Positions 18,991 to 28,400 of a stretch of DNA of 64,000 nt are shown piece after piece. Numbering within the stretch: the stretch's first letter is position 1; every line of letters starts with the position of its first letter. The notes under the pieces are model-generated. The model worked only from the letters and a program-made list of their open reading frames with translations, ran no database searches and was not told where the DNA came from. A program made the translations under genes and the position numbers. This DNA comes from Candidatus Melainabacteria bacterium 17Bon1m (GTDB lineage: Bacteria > Cyanobacteriota > Vampirovibrionia > Obscuribacterales > Obscuribacteraceae), in the NCBI GenBank assembly GCA_032128875.1, contig JAVLKG010000004.1, forward strand, positions 416,001 through 480,000, read 5' to 3'.

Positions 18991-21606
18991 TTAAATGCTG
19001 TGCATCTCTTCGAGCAGTTTCTTCTTGATCTTTGCCTTTGGCGGGTCGGCAAACTCGTGCGATCTTAGCTTGAATGTTCCGGCAACGGAACCGACGCGAT
19101 AGCAGAAGAAATTGCGTTGTTCTTGACCGACTACCCTGTCGATATTCAATTTCTCTTCGTCTGAGATAAGTTCGAAAGTGGGTGATGTATTCACCTGATT
19201 GAAGAAGTTGCCGATCGTGCGGTGTTTGATCTTTCGACCATCTACACGGAACATCTGTGGTCCAACCGTGTCGGCGTCTTTTTTCGCTAGTGCAAAGGCA
19301 AGCAATGTTCCAACGTTGATGATGATTTGGTTTCTGAAGTCCTCGGGCAAATGCTGAAGTGTTTTGCAACACCCTATGAATGCAATCTTGAACTTATCAG
19401 TCTCCTGTGTAAGAGCTTCGATTGTTTCTTTCTCAATGAAATTGTTCATCTCGTCGAGATAAATCGAGCATGGATTTTGCCTTTCTTCATCATCATCGGA
19501 TAGGCTCATTGCAGCTTGCTTGATTCCGGTCACAATAAGTGAACCGAGCAGGTTTGCATTCTGGTCTAGCTGTCCTTGCGGGATGCGAACCAAAAGTACT
19601 TGCTTGTGTTCGATAAGATCTTGCAATCTCAAATCACTGACTGGCTTCGTAAGAATCGGTCGTATGCGCGGATCACTAAGCATTGGTGTTACTCGGTTGA
19701 GAATCGGCTCAACCCAAGTGATCCACTGATCGGTTCTGGCAAGTTTCTTATACTGACCCCAAGAGTCGATCAAGGTTGCGTATTCGGTGCGTTCGTTTCG
19801 CTTACGTTCCACACCCTCTAAAAGGATGTCTCGGAAATCATTGTCTTGCAGCAGAGTCGGCAAATCGACCAGGGTCTTGTTGTTTGCCATTAGTAAGATA
19901 GCTGCATTGCGCAGAATGTTGGCGGTTTGCTGGCTCCACTGACTTTGCGAGCCCTGAGGCTCAGTGTAGATTGCTTTGAAGCCATGAACAATTGCAGAAG
20001 CAGCATCAATAAAATTGACGTTGTCTTGCGGTTCTAACGGGTTGTACGAAATAAAACCACCTTTGTAAGTCGGATCGATTATCATCACGCGTTTCGAAAG
20101 TTCGCTGCCTTTTGCATGCGCCGCAGTCCATTTCGAAACAAGTTCAGTTAGCTCTCCATCAGAGTCGATGACCACAACCGCTCTGTCGGCAGACTCGATA
20201 TCGTGGCAGACCATATTGGCGAGCAGCCGAGTTTTACCTTTGTCTGAGCCGCCCATCACAATCATGTGCGGATTGTCTGCGCGTGACTCTGGTGTCATAG
20301 CCATTGTTTTCGGCACCCATGGCTTCCAGATTCGCCACTCAGCGCGCGTACCAAGCGGAACCGAGCCGCGCCTAATTGGCTTAGCCCATTCACTGACCAT
20401 CTTATTGTGCTGAGACTTGTATTGCGAAGGAATGTACTCTTCCTTCGACATGCGGTTCAATTTTCCGTGCGGATTGAAAATCCAGAGCATGACAGTTGCT
20501 ATAAGAATTCCAATTCCGACCAGGACAGCAGCAAGTGTCATTAAACGATCGGATATTTCTTTCCTGGAAAGCCCGCTGTTTGGATCCAGGCATTGCAGGA
20601 AGTACGTCAGAATGTTGGTACTCGGCGGCGCATTGGTCCTAGGCGTTGTCGGAGGTTGTCCAAAACCACCTTGTCTCAGAACATCTTCGGAGATGGATTG
20701 GTCGGCAAACCATTTGCCTTCCACAGTCGCAATTTGTTGGCGCAGTTTGAAAACTTTTGCTCTGCTTGTGAAGGTTCCATTCAAATGATATTTGCCGAGC
20801 TGGTCTTTCTGAATTTGCGCGGAGTACAGCACTGGATAGCCATCTTTCAGACCATTGGTGTAAAACTGTTTTTCCAATCTAATTTCGTTTGGAGATACGA
20901 ATTGTCCTTGAATTCTCCATGACTTTCCATTGTTAGCGCTCAGGGCTGAAAGAGCGGTACCGTCTCTGTTGAGCATTAGGTCCCAATTGCTTCGGTCCAC
21001 TGACGAATTGGCGCAATGCACCTTGTACATGCCACCAACTTTTGGAGTATCGAAGGCGTTTAGGAGGTTGGGTAACACGGAACCGCCTTGCGCGGCTGGC
21101 TCAGGAGTATTGATGCGGGACGCCATTGTTCCAAGGAAAAAGCCGAATGCGATGAAGCACGTGCAAACGATAGCAGCAGCAATCGCGATTACTCTATTTT
21201 CTAAAGCACCAATTCTGGTGCTGCTGCGCCGAGCAATTGTGTTTGGACTCTGACTGTCTAGATTGTTACGGGAAATTCTCGCGTTCTTGGGAGCAGAATC
21301 ACTTGTTCTAGAACCAAGTAAGTCCGAAAGTGCGCTGGCTTCCTTGGTACCCTCATTAAGATTCAAACGCTGGCTGACCGGTGGTTCATTAAAAGCGAAC
21401 TCTTGCCTCGCTTGTGAGGGCGAGGTTGCGAAAAAGTCATTCGACTGCGGCGGGGCAGAGTTTTGACCGCTGGGTGCCGGCTTGGCGTTCGCAAGCATTG
21501 GCATTGACGTTGCGGCAAACTGGGATATGGGCGTTCTGCAATTCGCGCACAGGGTATCCTCGCTGCGAAGCAAGTTACCGCAGGTCTGACATATAAGGAT
21601 TTCCAA
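18991..21606 (-). CDS. VirD4/TraG-like type IV coupling-protein ATPase with an N-terminal zinc ribbon and two TM helices
   Basis: CQTC..CANC at the N-terminus; HMIVMGGSDKGKT Walker A; SYNPL; ANLLGSLIV; IYLDE Walker B; INVGTLLAF. Confidence 0.8.
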   Translation of the reverse strand: MEILICQTCGNLLRSEDTLCANCRTPISQFAATSMPMLANAKPAPSGQNSAPPQSNDFFATSPSQARQEFAFNEPPVSQRLNLNEGTKEASALSDLLGSRTSDSAPKNARISRNNLDSQSPNTIARRSSTRIGALENRVIAIAAAIVCTCFIAFGFFLGTMASRINTPEPAAQGGSVLPNLLNAFDTPKVGGMYKVHCANSSVDRSNWDLMLNRDGTALSALSANNGKSWRIQGQFVSPNEIRLEKQFYTNGLKDGYPVLYSAQIQKDQLGKYHLNGTFTSRAKVFKLRQQIATVEGKWFADQSISEDVLRQGGFGQPPTTPRTNAPPSTNILTYFLQCLDPNSGLSRKEISDRLMTLAAVLVGIGILIATVMLWIFNPHGKLNRMSKEEYIPSQYKSQHNKMVSEWAKPIRRGSVPLGTRAEWRIWKPWVPKTMAMTPESRADNPHMIVMGGSDKGKTRLLANMVCHDIESADRAVVVIDSDGELTELVSKWTAAHAKGSELSKRVMIIDPTYKGGFISYNPLEPQDNVNFIDAASAIVHGFKAIYTEPQGSQSQWSQQTANILRNAAILLMANNKTLVDLPTLLQDNDFRDILLEGVERKRNERTEYATLIDSWGQYKKLARTDQWITWVEPILNRVTPMLSDPRIRPILTKPVSDLRLQDLIEHKQVLLVRIPQGQLDQNANLLGSLIVTGIKQAAMSLSDDDEERQNPCSIYLDEMNNFIEKETIEALTQETDKFKIAFIGCCKTLQHLPEDFRNQIIINVGTLLAFALAKKDADTVGPQMFRVDGRKIKHRTIGNFFNQVNTSPTFELISDEEKLNIDRVVGQEQRNFFCYRVGSVAGTFKLRSHEFADPPKAKIKKKLLEEMHSI

Positions 21607-21815
21607 CTGGCGTCTGCTCCTCTTACGATACCGGACCGTGAAGCATTACCTGGAGAGGGTTTTCGGCACTTGCCGCTAAATTTCTTCTTTGCTTAGTAAG
21701 TTTTCTGAACACGATTGTTTAGGCTCAAATCGTATGCCTGGAATTCGTTGTTGTCAAGAGCTTTCGCGCTGGAAAAGGTACTCTTTTGGGATTTCACAGG
21801 ATTTAGTAGGGATTT

Positions 21816-22883
21816 TTGGGCTCGATGCAGCAAAACAACAAGGAGGTGACTGGTCCTGCGTTTGCAGAGTACGATATCCCTGATTCAGGCTTTCTTCGGG
21901 GCAGAATGGCTCTAACTTGCTTGCCGCCTAAAAATACTTTGTATTCATCGCTCTTGGCGGTGGTTTTGGCTGCTGGTTTTGTCTTTTCATTCGCCGCTCA
22001 AGCTTATCGGCTTTCTGTTTTGAGCGATCCGCACCTTACTGTTTGGGCGTGGGAGCGCGATGAGGACTTGTCCTATATAGACCCGACTAAAGTAAGGGTT
22101 GCGTATTTTGCAGGAACCATTTATGTACGTGGTTCAAGTGTGAGATTTCGTCCTCGCACTCAGAAGTTGAAACTACCTAAAAACGCATTGGCATTTCCTG
22201 TTTTTAGAATTGAGAGTATTCGCACTAAGAACGTTTCGAACGAACCTCATTGTTCAAGTTTGAGGGAACAGGAGCGGGATGAAGGTTTAAATGTTCCCAG
22301 CGTTGAAGCTGCGAGTTTTGTGGCAAAGACAATCGCCGCGCGAACGGAGAAATTACAAGAGACCAATCTTCAACGGTGCGACGTTCAAGAGAGAAACATT
22401 CAACAGAGTAATTTTCAACAGCGCACTTTTCAAAAGAGAAACACACACAAACACAATTTCAGCAGCAACATAGTGCAAATCGATTTTGATGCTCTCGAAG
22501 ATGAGCGGCCGTTCTACACGGTGCTGCTCAAAAATCTACGAAAAGAACTTCCTACTGGCACGAAGCTTTCTATCACTTCGCTGGCGTCATGGCTACTTGC
22601 AGATAAGTGGATAGAGCGCGGAAGTGCAGACGAAGCGGTCGCGATGTTGTTTTCCATCGGACCCGGCAAGAATGAAGTACTTTCCGTCTTGAAGAAAAGA
22701 ATTCTCGATACCGGCTCCGACATTCCAGTTGCTATAGGAATCTCAGCAAGTGAAAATATGACCAACAAAGTTTTATTCGAATCGGGTGTCCAACGAAAAA
22801 CCGACAATCTGTACATTTTTAGTTCACGACCATGGACGGAGCAGCGCCTCCGTTCGATCACATGCGAGGCACTAGCGAAATGA
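21816..22883 (+). CDS. DUF3142-like protein (TIM-barrel/GH18-like), exported; start uncertain
   Basis: TVWAWERDEDLSYIDP, QIDFDA..ERPFY..LL, LSITSLASW, DEAVAMLF motifs. Confidence 0.7.
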   Translation: MGSMQQNNKEVTGPAFAEYDIPDSGFLRGRMALTCLPPKNTLYSSLLAVVLAAGFVFSFAAQAYRLSVLSDPHLTVWAWERDEDLSYIDPTKVRVAYFAGTIYVRGSSVRFRPRTQKLKLPKNALAFPVFRIESIRTKNVSNEPHCSSLREQERDEGLNVPSVEAASFVAKTIAARTEKLQETNLQRCDVQERNIQQSNFQQRTFQKRNTHKHNFSSNIVQIDFDALEDERPFYTVLLKNLRKELPTGTKLSITSLASWLLADKWIERGSADEAVAMLFSIGPGKNEVLSVLKKRILDTGSDIPVAIGISASENMTNKVLFESGVQRKTDNLYIFSSRPWTEQRLRSITCEALAK

Positions 22884-25333
22884 CGAGATTCACAAGAAGC
22901 TTGATTGCTACTTTGCTGTCTCTTTCCTTTATATCAATTCCGACACCGCCGGCGAAGGCGTGTGCGCCTGACCTCGCTTATGCAATTTTGATTAATGGTA
23001 ATCATCCGGATTTGCCGTTGAAGCTCTTTGCCGGTGGAAATATTGGCATCGTGCAGCCAGGATGGGCGAAGTCGTATTTGGTAGTAGCCTACCGTTTGCT
23101 TTCGGGAAAGCCGCTTTCGAAGTTAGAGCAAGACAGTGTTTTGAACCTCTGGCACGAGCGAATCAAGAATGGATCTCGATTTGACACCAGCATCTTTCAC
23201 GATCCAAAAGATGATTACATGGCACTTCGCTGCAAAGCGATTGGTGATACAAAGAAAAACACCGATGAGTTGAGTTGGAAGATGGACTCGTATGTGTACG
23301 AATTTTCCATATCTGATTCTTCTTTCCAGCTTGCGAAAGAGACACTCGCAAATATTCTGAAGAAATATCCGCCAAAGTCTCAACAAGTCAAAGACTGGGT
23401 AAAGGCACAGGACGGTATTTTTGGAATTGGAACGGCAAAAGTTATCATTCCCACCGCACTGCCAGCGTCCGCCGATGGGCTCCTGCAGGAAGCCCGAACT
23501 TACCAAATTGCGGCAGGAAATTTTTATAGTAAGCGATTTGAAAAGGCCGCTTCTCTATTTCAAACTCTGGCTGATAAACCGAATTCTAGTTTAAACAAAG
23601 TAGCATCGTATATGGTGCTGCGTTCGAAGTCTAATGAGATACTCCGCGGCAAGGGGACAGGCGATGCGGAGGCGGTGTCTGTACAAATACAAAAAGCTGC
23701 CGACAAGGCGACGAAGACGTCGGAGCGAGAGCAGATTCTCGATCTGCTGAGACCGATCTCCTACTTAAATCATTCCGCACCGGAAGTTGTGAAGCTGCTG
23801 GCGACTATGATCAGTGATGGATCTAGCAAGCGATTTGGCTCCGATGTTGGAGATCTGACTTTTCTTTTGGATGGAAACGCTCCTTTGTGCGGATTGGATG
23901 TGCAGGGACCGACAACCTCTCTGCCGAGTTCCACTGCAAGTTCAGTGAATTCCGCCGGCGCTGGCGATGGTTCCGCTTCAAGCTCAAACGAATCTGATTC
24001 CCCTCACCCAGCTCCCGATGTTTTGACAGCACATGATATTGCTGATTTCGTTTGTACTGTTCAGCGAACTAGCTTCCTAGACTGGTCGAACACAGACGAA
24101 GAAAGGAAGAAAGCAAGAGAAGAAGGACTGCGAGTGGCGAAACACGCTCGCGAAGTGTGGAGCAAGAAAAAGAATGATGTTTGGCTTGTTGCAGCTCTTT
24201 CTGGTTTGGGAGTGAGTTTGCAAGACGACAAAGAATTATACGACGCAGCTATAAAAACGCCTGCGAGTTCTCCTGCGTTTCTTACTTGCAGGTTCTATGT
24301 TGTTGATTCGTTGATTTCTCAAGGAAAGAGGGAGGAGGCGCGCAAACTTTTATCGCCTATATTGGCTGCCACTAATTTGCCGCCCAGCTCGCGAAATCTG
24401 TTTTCGATGCAGATGGCTGCCGCTAGTAGCTCTATCTCAGATTACTTGAAATATTCTGTTATCAACCCGCCTGAAATTTTGCAGTCGAACAACGATTTAG
24501 TCTCCAGCAAATTTTATAAGCTAGAGGCTGCGAATGTTTATCAAACAGAAGCACCTGGGCTTGATGAAGATTGCGCGCTTGATCTGAGCCGCAATGCTCC
24601 TATGTCCACCTGGATGAAATTTGCTCAAAGCCAGCCTGCAAGCTCTAAATTCAAGGCAGTTGCTGTGCGGTCTGCATGGACTCGTGCACAGCTTTTGCAG
24701 AAGGAGACCGATGCAGCAAAGCTTGAAAATGATCTTGCAGCAACCAATCCAACTCTTGCGGCTGCGGTAGCAAAAATCAAAAATGCGCCGGCTGGACCAG
24801 CAAGACAGTTTGCAGTTGCATGCCTGGTTCTGCGCAATTATGGAATGACACCTTATTTGCGTGGTGGTACAGAACGGCACGGTGAGCCTATTGGCGAGTT
24901 TGACTATTACAACAATAATTTCTGGGTGCCGCTGCCGGTTAATGAACCTAAAGGTGATGATGCGATTAGTTACGCGTACAACGACTTTGTTGGTTATGTC
25001 GGAGATGCCGAGGTCACAAGTAAAGTAAAAACCTATTTCCAGCCGGGTGTTTCGCGTTTGCTTTCTGAAGCCGAGAAGAAAGCTGCAGTCGCTGAGCGCG
25101 CGCTGATCCTGAAGAATCATCCGTCGCGCTTTTTTGGACAGACTGTTCTCGATTGGGCGAAAGCGCATCCTAAAGATCAAGATGTCCCAGAGATGCTTTA
25201 TCGCATTGTGAAACTACCAAAGTGGTCGGAGCAAACACCGGTTGGAAGCGAGTTTTCAAAGAAAGCATATTTTGCTTTGCACAAAGGCTATCCCGGCAAT
25301 CCATGGACGAAGAAAGCCGTTTGCTACTATTGA
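22880..25333 (+). CDS. Large secreted alpha-helical hypothetical protein, partner of DUF3142
   Basis: ATGA overlap with the upstream stop; signal peptide ending AKA-C; GNIGIVQPGWAKSYLVVAYRLL; C-terminal HPKDQDVPEMLY..YPGNPWTKK. Confidence 0.8.
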   Translation: MTRFTRSLIATLLSLSFISIPTPPAKACAPDLAYAILINGNHPDLPLKLFAGGNIGIVQPGWAKSYLVVAYRLLSGKPLSKLEQDSVLNLWHERIKNGSRFDTSIFHDPKDDYMALRCKAIGDTKKNTDELSWKMDSYVYEFSISDSSFQLAKETLANILKKYPPKSQQVKDWVKAQDGIFGIGTAKVIIPTALPASADGLLQEARTYQIAAGNFYSKRFEKAASLFQTLADKPNSSLNKVASYMVLRSKSNEILRGKGTGDAEAVSVQIQKAADKATKTSEREQILDLLRPISYLNHSAPEVVKLLATMISDGSSKRFGSDVGDLTFLLDGNAPLCGLDVQGPTTSLPSSTASSVNSAGAGDGSASSSNESDSPHPAPDVLTAHDIADFVCTVQRTSFLDWSNTDEERKKAREEGLRVAKHAREVWSKKKNDVWLVAALSGLGVSLQDDKELYDAAIKTPASSPAFLTCRFYVVDSLISQGKREEARKLLSPILAATNLPPSSRNLFSMQMAAASSSISDYLKYSVINPPEILQSNNDLVSSKFYKLEAANVYQTEAPGLDEDCALDLSRNAPMSTWMKFAQSQPASSKFKAVAVRSAWTRAQLLQKETDAAKLENDLAATNPTLAAAVAKIKNAPAGPARQFAVACLVLRNYGMTPYLRGGTERHGEPIGEFDYYNNNFWVPLPVNEPKGDDAISYAYNDFVGYVGDAEVTSKVKTYFQPGVSRLLSEAEKKAAVAERALILKNHPSRFFGQTVLDWAKAHPKDQDVPEMLYRIVKLPKWSEQTPVGSEFSKKAYFALHKGYPGNPWTKKAVCYY

Positions 25334-25343
25334 GCGAACGGAC

Positions 25344-25431
25344 GGAGCGCCGCCATCTTGGCGGCCTTCAGGAATTCAAAATTGAGTTTTCAAAATTTCG
25401 ATGCCGGCTAGAAGCTGACGCTCCGGCCTAT
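25344..25431. repeat. REPIN-like inverted pair (GGAGCGCCGCC family)
   Basis: GGAGCGCCGCCATCTTGGCGGC ... GCCGGCTAGAAGCTGACGCTCCGGCCTAT, between convergent genes. Confidence 0.7.
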
Positions 25432-25470
25432 TACGACTTTGGTTTCCTATGTTTGGTTTCCTATGATTAG

Positions 25471-28400
25471 TTAGCGAATACCTTTCCAGCGTCTGTATGC
25501 GGCAGTACCGGGTATGTTTGCCGCAGCGCTGTCAGATGGCGCCCATCCAGCGACGAATCCATCGCGACCGCTCATCATTTTCATTAGTCGTTGTGGACTG
25601 ACTGGCTGCGCGTGTGATGGATTGCCTCGATCAGGATCGCCAAGGATGTAATTGCCATCGGCATTTCTGCCGGCTACATATATGTAGTGCCGGTTGCCGG
25701 TGTGCGGATTGATGACGCGTGCGACAGCGGAGTGCCCTTGATCTAATTCAGCATTAAGATCTTCCATGCCCTTCTGCCCGAATCGATTGTACTGATACGC
25801 CTTTGCTTCCAGTCCGGCTTGGCGCAGCTGTCCAGCCATCGTGTCGAGAGAACCGCGATAACCGTGGCTGAGTGTTCCGGCCAGTGCTTTGAACCCTCTC
25901 ATCTCTTGACCGTATTGAGGTGGGCGTCCTTTGAGGTGATCGCTGACCATCATGGCCATGGAAAACGCCGAGCAGCTGTGTCCGTCGTCTTGATGTGCAT
26001 AGAACCTCGAGCGGTCTGAGATGTCTCGCACAACTCGACCTGTCGGGGCGTTACGAACGGAGCGCTCCGGAACCAGATCATTTTCTGCCGGTTTTTCAGT
26101 CTTACGGATTTGTGGAAGCTCTAGTGGTTGTTTCACCGGTTGACCGGGTTGTCCGATTACGCCGTCATTGTTTCGATAAACGATGTCTGATCCGACATTA
26201 TGTTGGCGCCACAGCGGGCGCGAGTTGTTGCGAAAGTCATTGTTTTCAATGATTGAATCATTTACACCACCATTTGTCGGGCTTCCTCCTCCTAGAGAAA
26301 TTCCGGCTAAATGGCTGCCCTCAACAACATTGCCCCTCACTTGAATGCGTGAAGTTAATTTGCCCCTGTGTTCCGATGCTAATTCAATGCCGTAGTTAGA
26401 GTTCTTGATGTGGTTGCCTTCGATTATGACGTCGCTGCCACCATCGACATATATTCCAGCACCGCTGCGGTCTCCCTTATATGCTGGGTTGCTCTTTGTA
26501 TCAATATTGAAGACTGTATTTCCGGCGATGATGCCATTGCGAGCGCGGTCGATGCCGGCGCGTCCCACACCCTCGTATCCGATCACGTCGATACCAATGT
26601 TATCGTTATCGTGGACTTTGTTGTTAATAACGCGGAATCCATCGACATTTCCATTAATTGCAATCGTTTCGCTTGAACCTAGTTTGTTGTGATGAACTTG
26701 ATTGCCCGCGATTATGATGTTGCGCATCGGTTCTGCGGAAGTTCCTCTTACCACGATGCCATGCGCATTTTTTGAATTCTCGATATGGTGGATATTGTTG
26801 TTTGTGATTGATATATCGCGGCTTGTTCCTTCGACTTTGATTCCCGTCGGCGTGTCACCGCCTCTGACGTTGCGAATTTCGAATCCATCAATCTGGACAT
26901 TGCGCCTGTTAGAAATATCTATTGCACTGCCGGAGGTCCTTTGTCCGTCCAAATCAATAATTGCTTGCCCATCGCCGCGCAGGCTGATGCTGTCTTTCTT
27001 TATTTGCAGGCGCTCTTTGTAAACGCCGGGATGAACTTTGATAATTGAGCCTTCTTGCGCCTTGTCGATGGCGGCCTGAATGCTTTCGCCCTGTCGAACT
27101 TCGACGATCGGTCTGCCTGCGTCGTTTTGTCTTTGCAGCGGGTAGCGTTCACTGACTTTGCGTTCGCGTTCTCTTTCGGTGATCTGAGCGATTCTTTCTG
27201 GTGTTTTATCAGGCGTTCGCTCTGGCGTTCGCTCCGGTGTGCGTTCCGATTCACGCGCCGGTGCATGTGCACTAGCGCGTGACCATCCTCTTACGTCACG
27301 ATCAACGTCTCGTATGTATTTGCCTTCGTCATTGCCGTCCTTCCCTGGAGCGTACTTGGGGATAACCTTGGCGACGGTGTCTCTGCCTGCTTTCAGGAAG
27401 TGTGTGCCGTCCTGCATGAGTTTGAACCAGTCGCGCGCTCCTTCGGTAAAACTGCCATACTGCCTATAGCCGCCATCGCCTTTTATGTTGCCGACGCTAT
27501 TGTTACGATGGGCCGCACCGTGTTTTCCAAAACCTGATTCTGATTTGAAGAATCCCAGAGTCAGCGCAGGATCGATACCGTATTCAACGCCAAGCTTGTA
27601 CAGGTGTTGGCCGAATGTTAGCTCTCTGCCTGTTTCTTGATCTCTGATTCTCTCTTTGGCTGCCGGTGACTTTGCATCGCGCAGAATTTGGTCGATTTTC
27701 TCAGCGCTTATAGACGGCGAGCCTCTCAGCATCAACGAGCCATCTCGCCCAGCTTGTGGTGCGCGAACTGCTCTCATCTCCGGATCAATACTTTCTTGAT
27801 TGATGTATCTCTGAGCGACTGTTCCGTCTGGTCCTGGTTTGCCTCGCCCGCGTTTATGCGGTGTCGAGTCGCCACGTTTTGCACGACCACCTTCGTCATA
27901 TTCACTTGTGGCGGAGGGTATACCGTCTTGCTCGGCTGAGCGTCTGGTACCGCGAGCACTTGTTCTTTGCACGCCACTTTCAACGTCACGACGCACTCCG
28001 GGCGCCGTTTCGCGCGGACCTTGTTTTTGTGCGATCTCTTCTGGCGAGTACATCTGGAATGTATCGCCGACCTTGAAATGATTACGCCCGAGGCGCGCAA
28101 ACTCACGGTTTCGAATTCGAACCGCTTCCTGTTGCATCTCCTGCTGGGACATCTGGATTTTGCCTTGGCGCTGCATCTCTTGAAGTGCCTGATAAGGCCC
28201 CCAACCTTTTTGAAGTGAGGGAAGCTCCATGTTTTGATACTTCATGCTGCCGGGTTTTTCTGCACTACCTGGCTGGTCTGTCACTTTCGTGGTTTCGATA
28301 GAACCCTTGAATGCGCCGTCCTCAGTGTATTGGAATTCAAATTTCCTATTGCTCTTCTCGCTTTCAACAGAAACAGCGCGCAATTTACCGTCCCGTTGTT

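Noticed and set aside
12878-21606. Integrated element at the CAU tRNA
   Set aside because: No integrase and no duplicated tRNA 3' end were seen downstream in the window.
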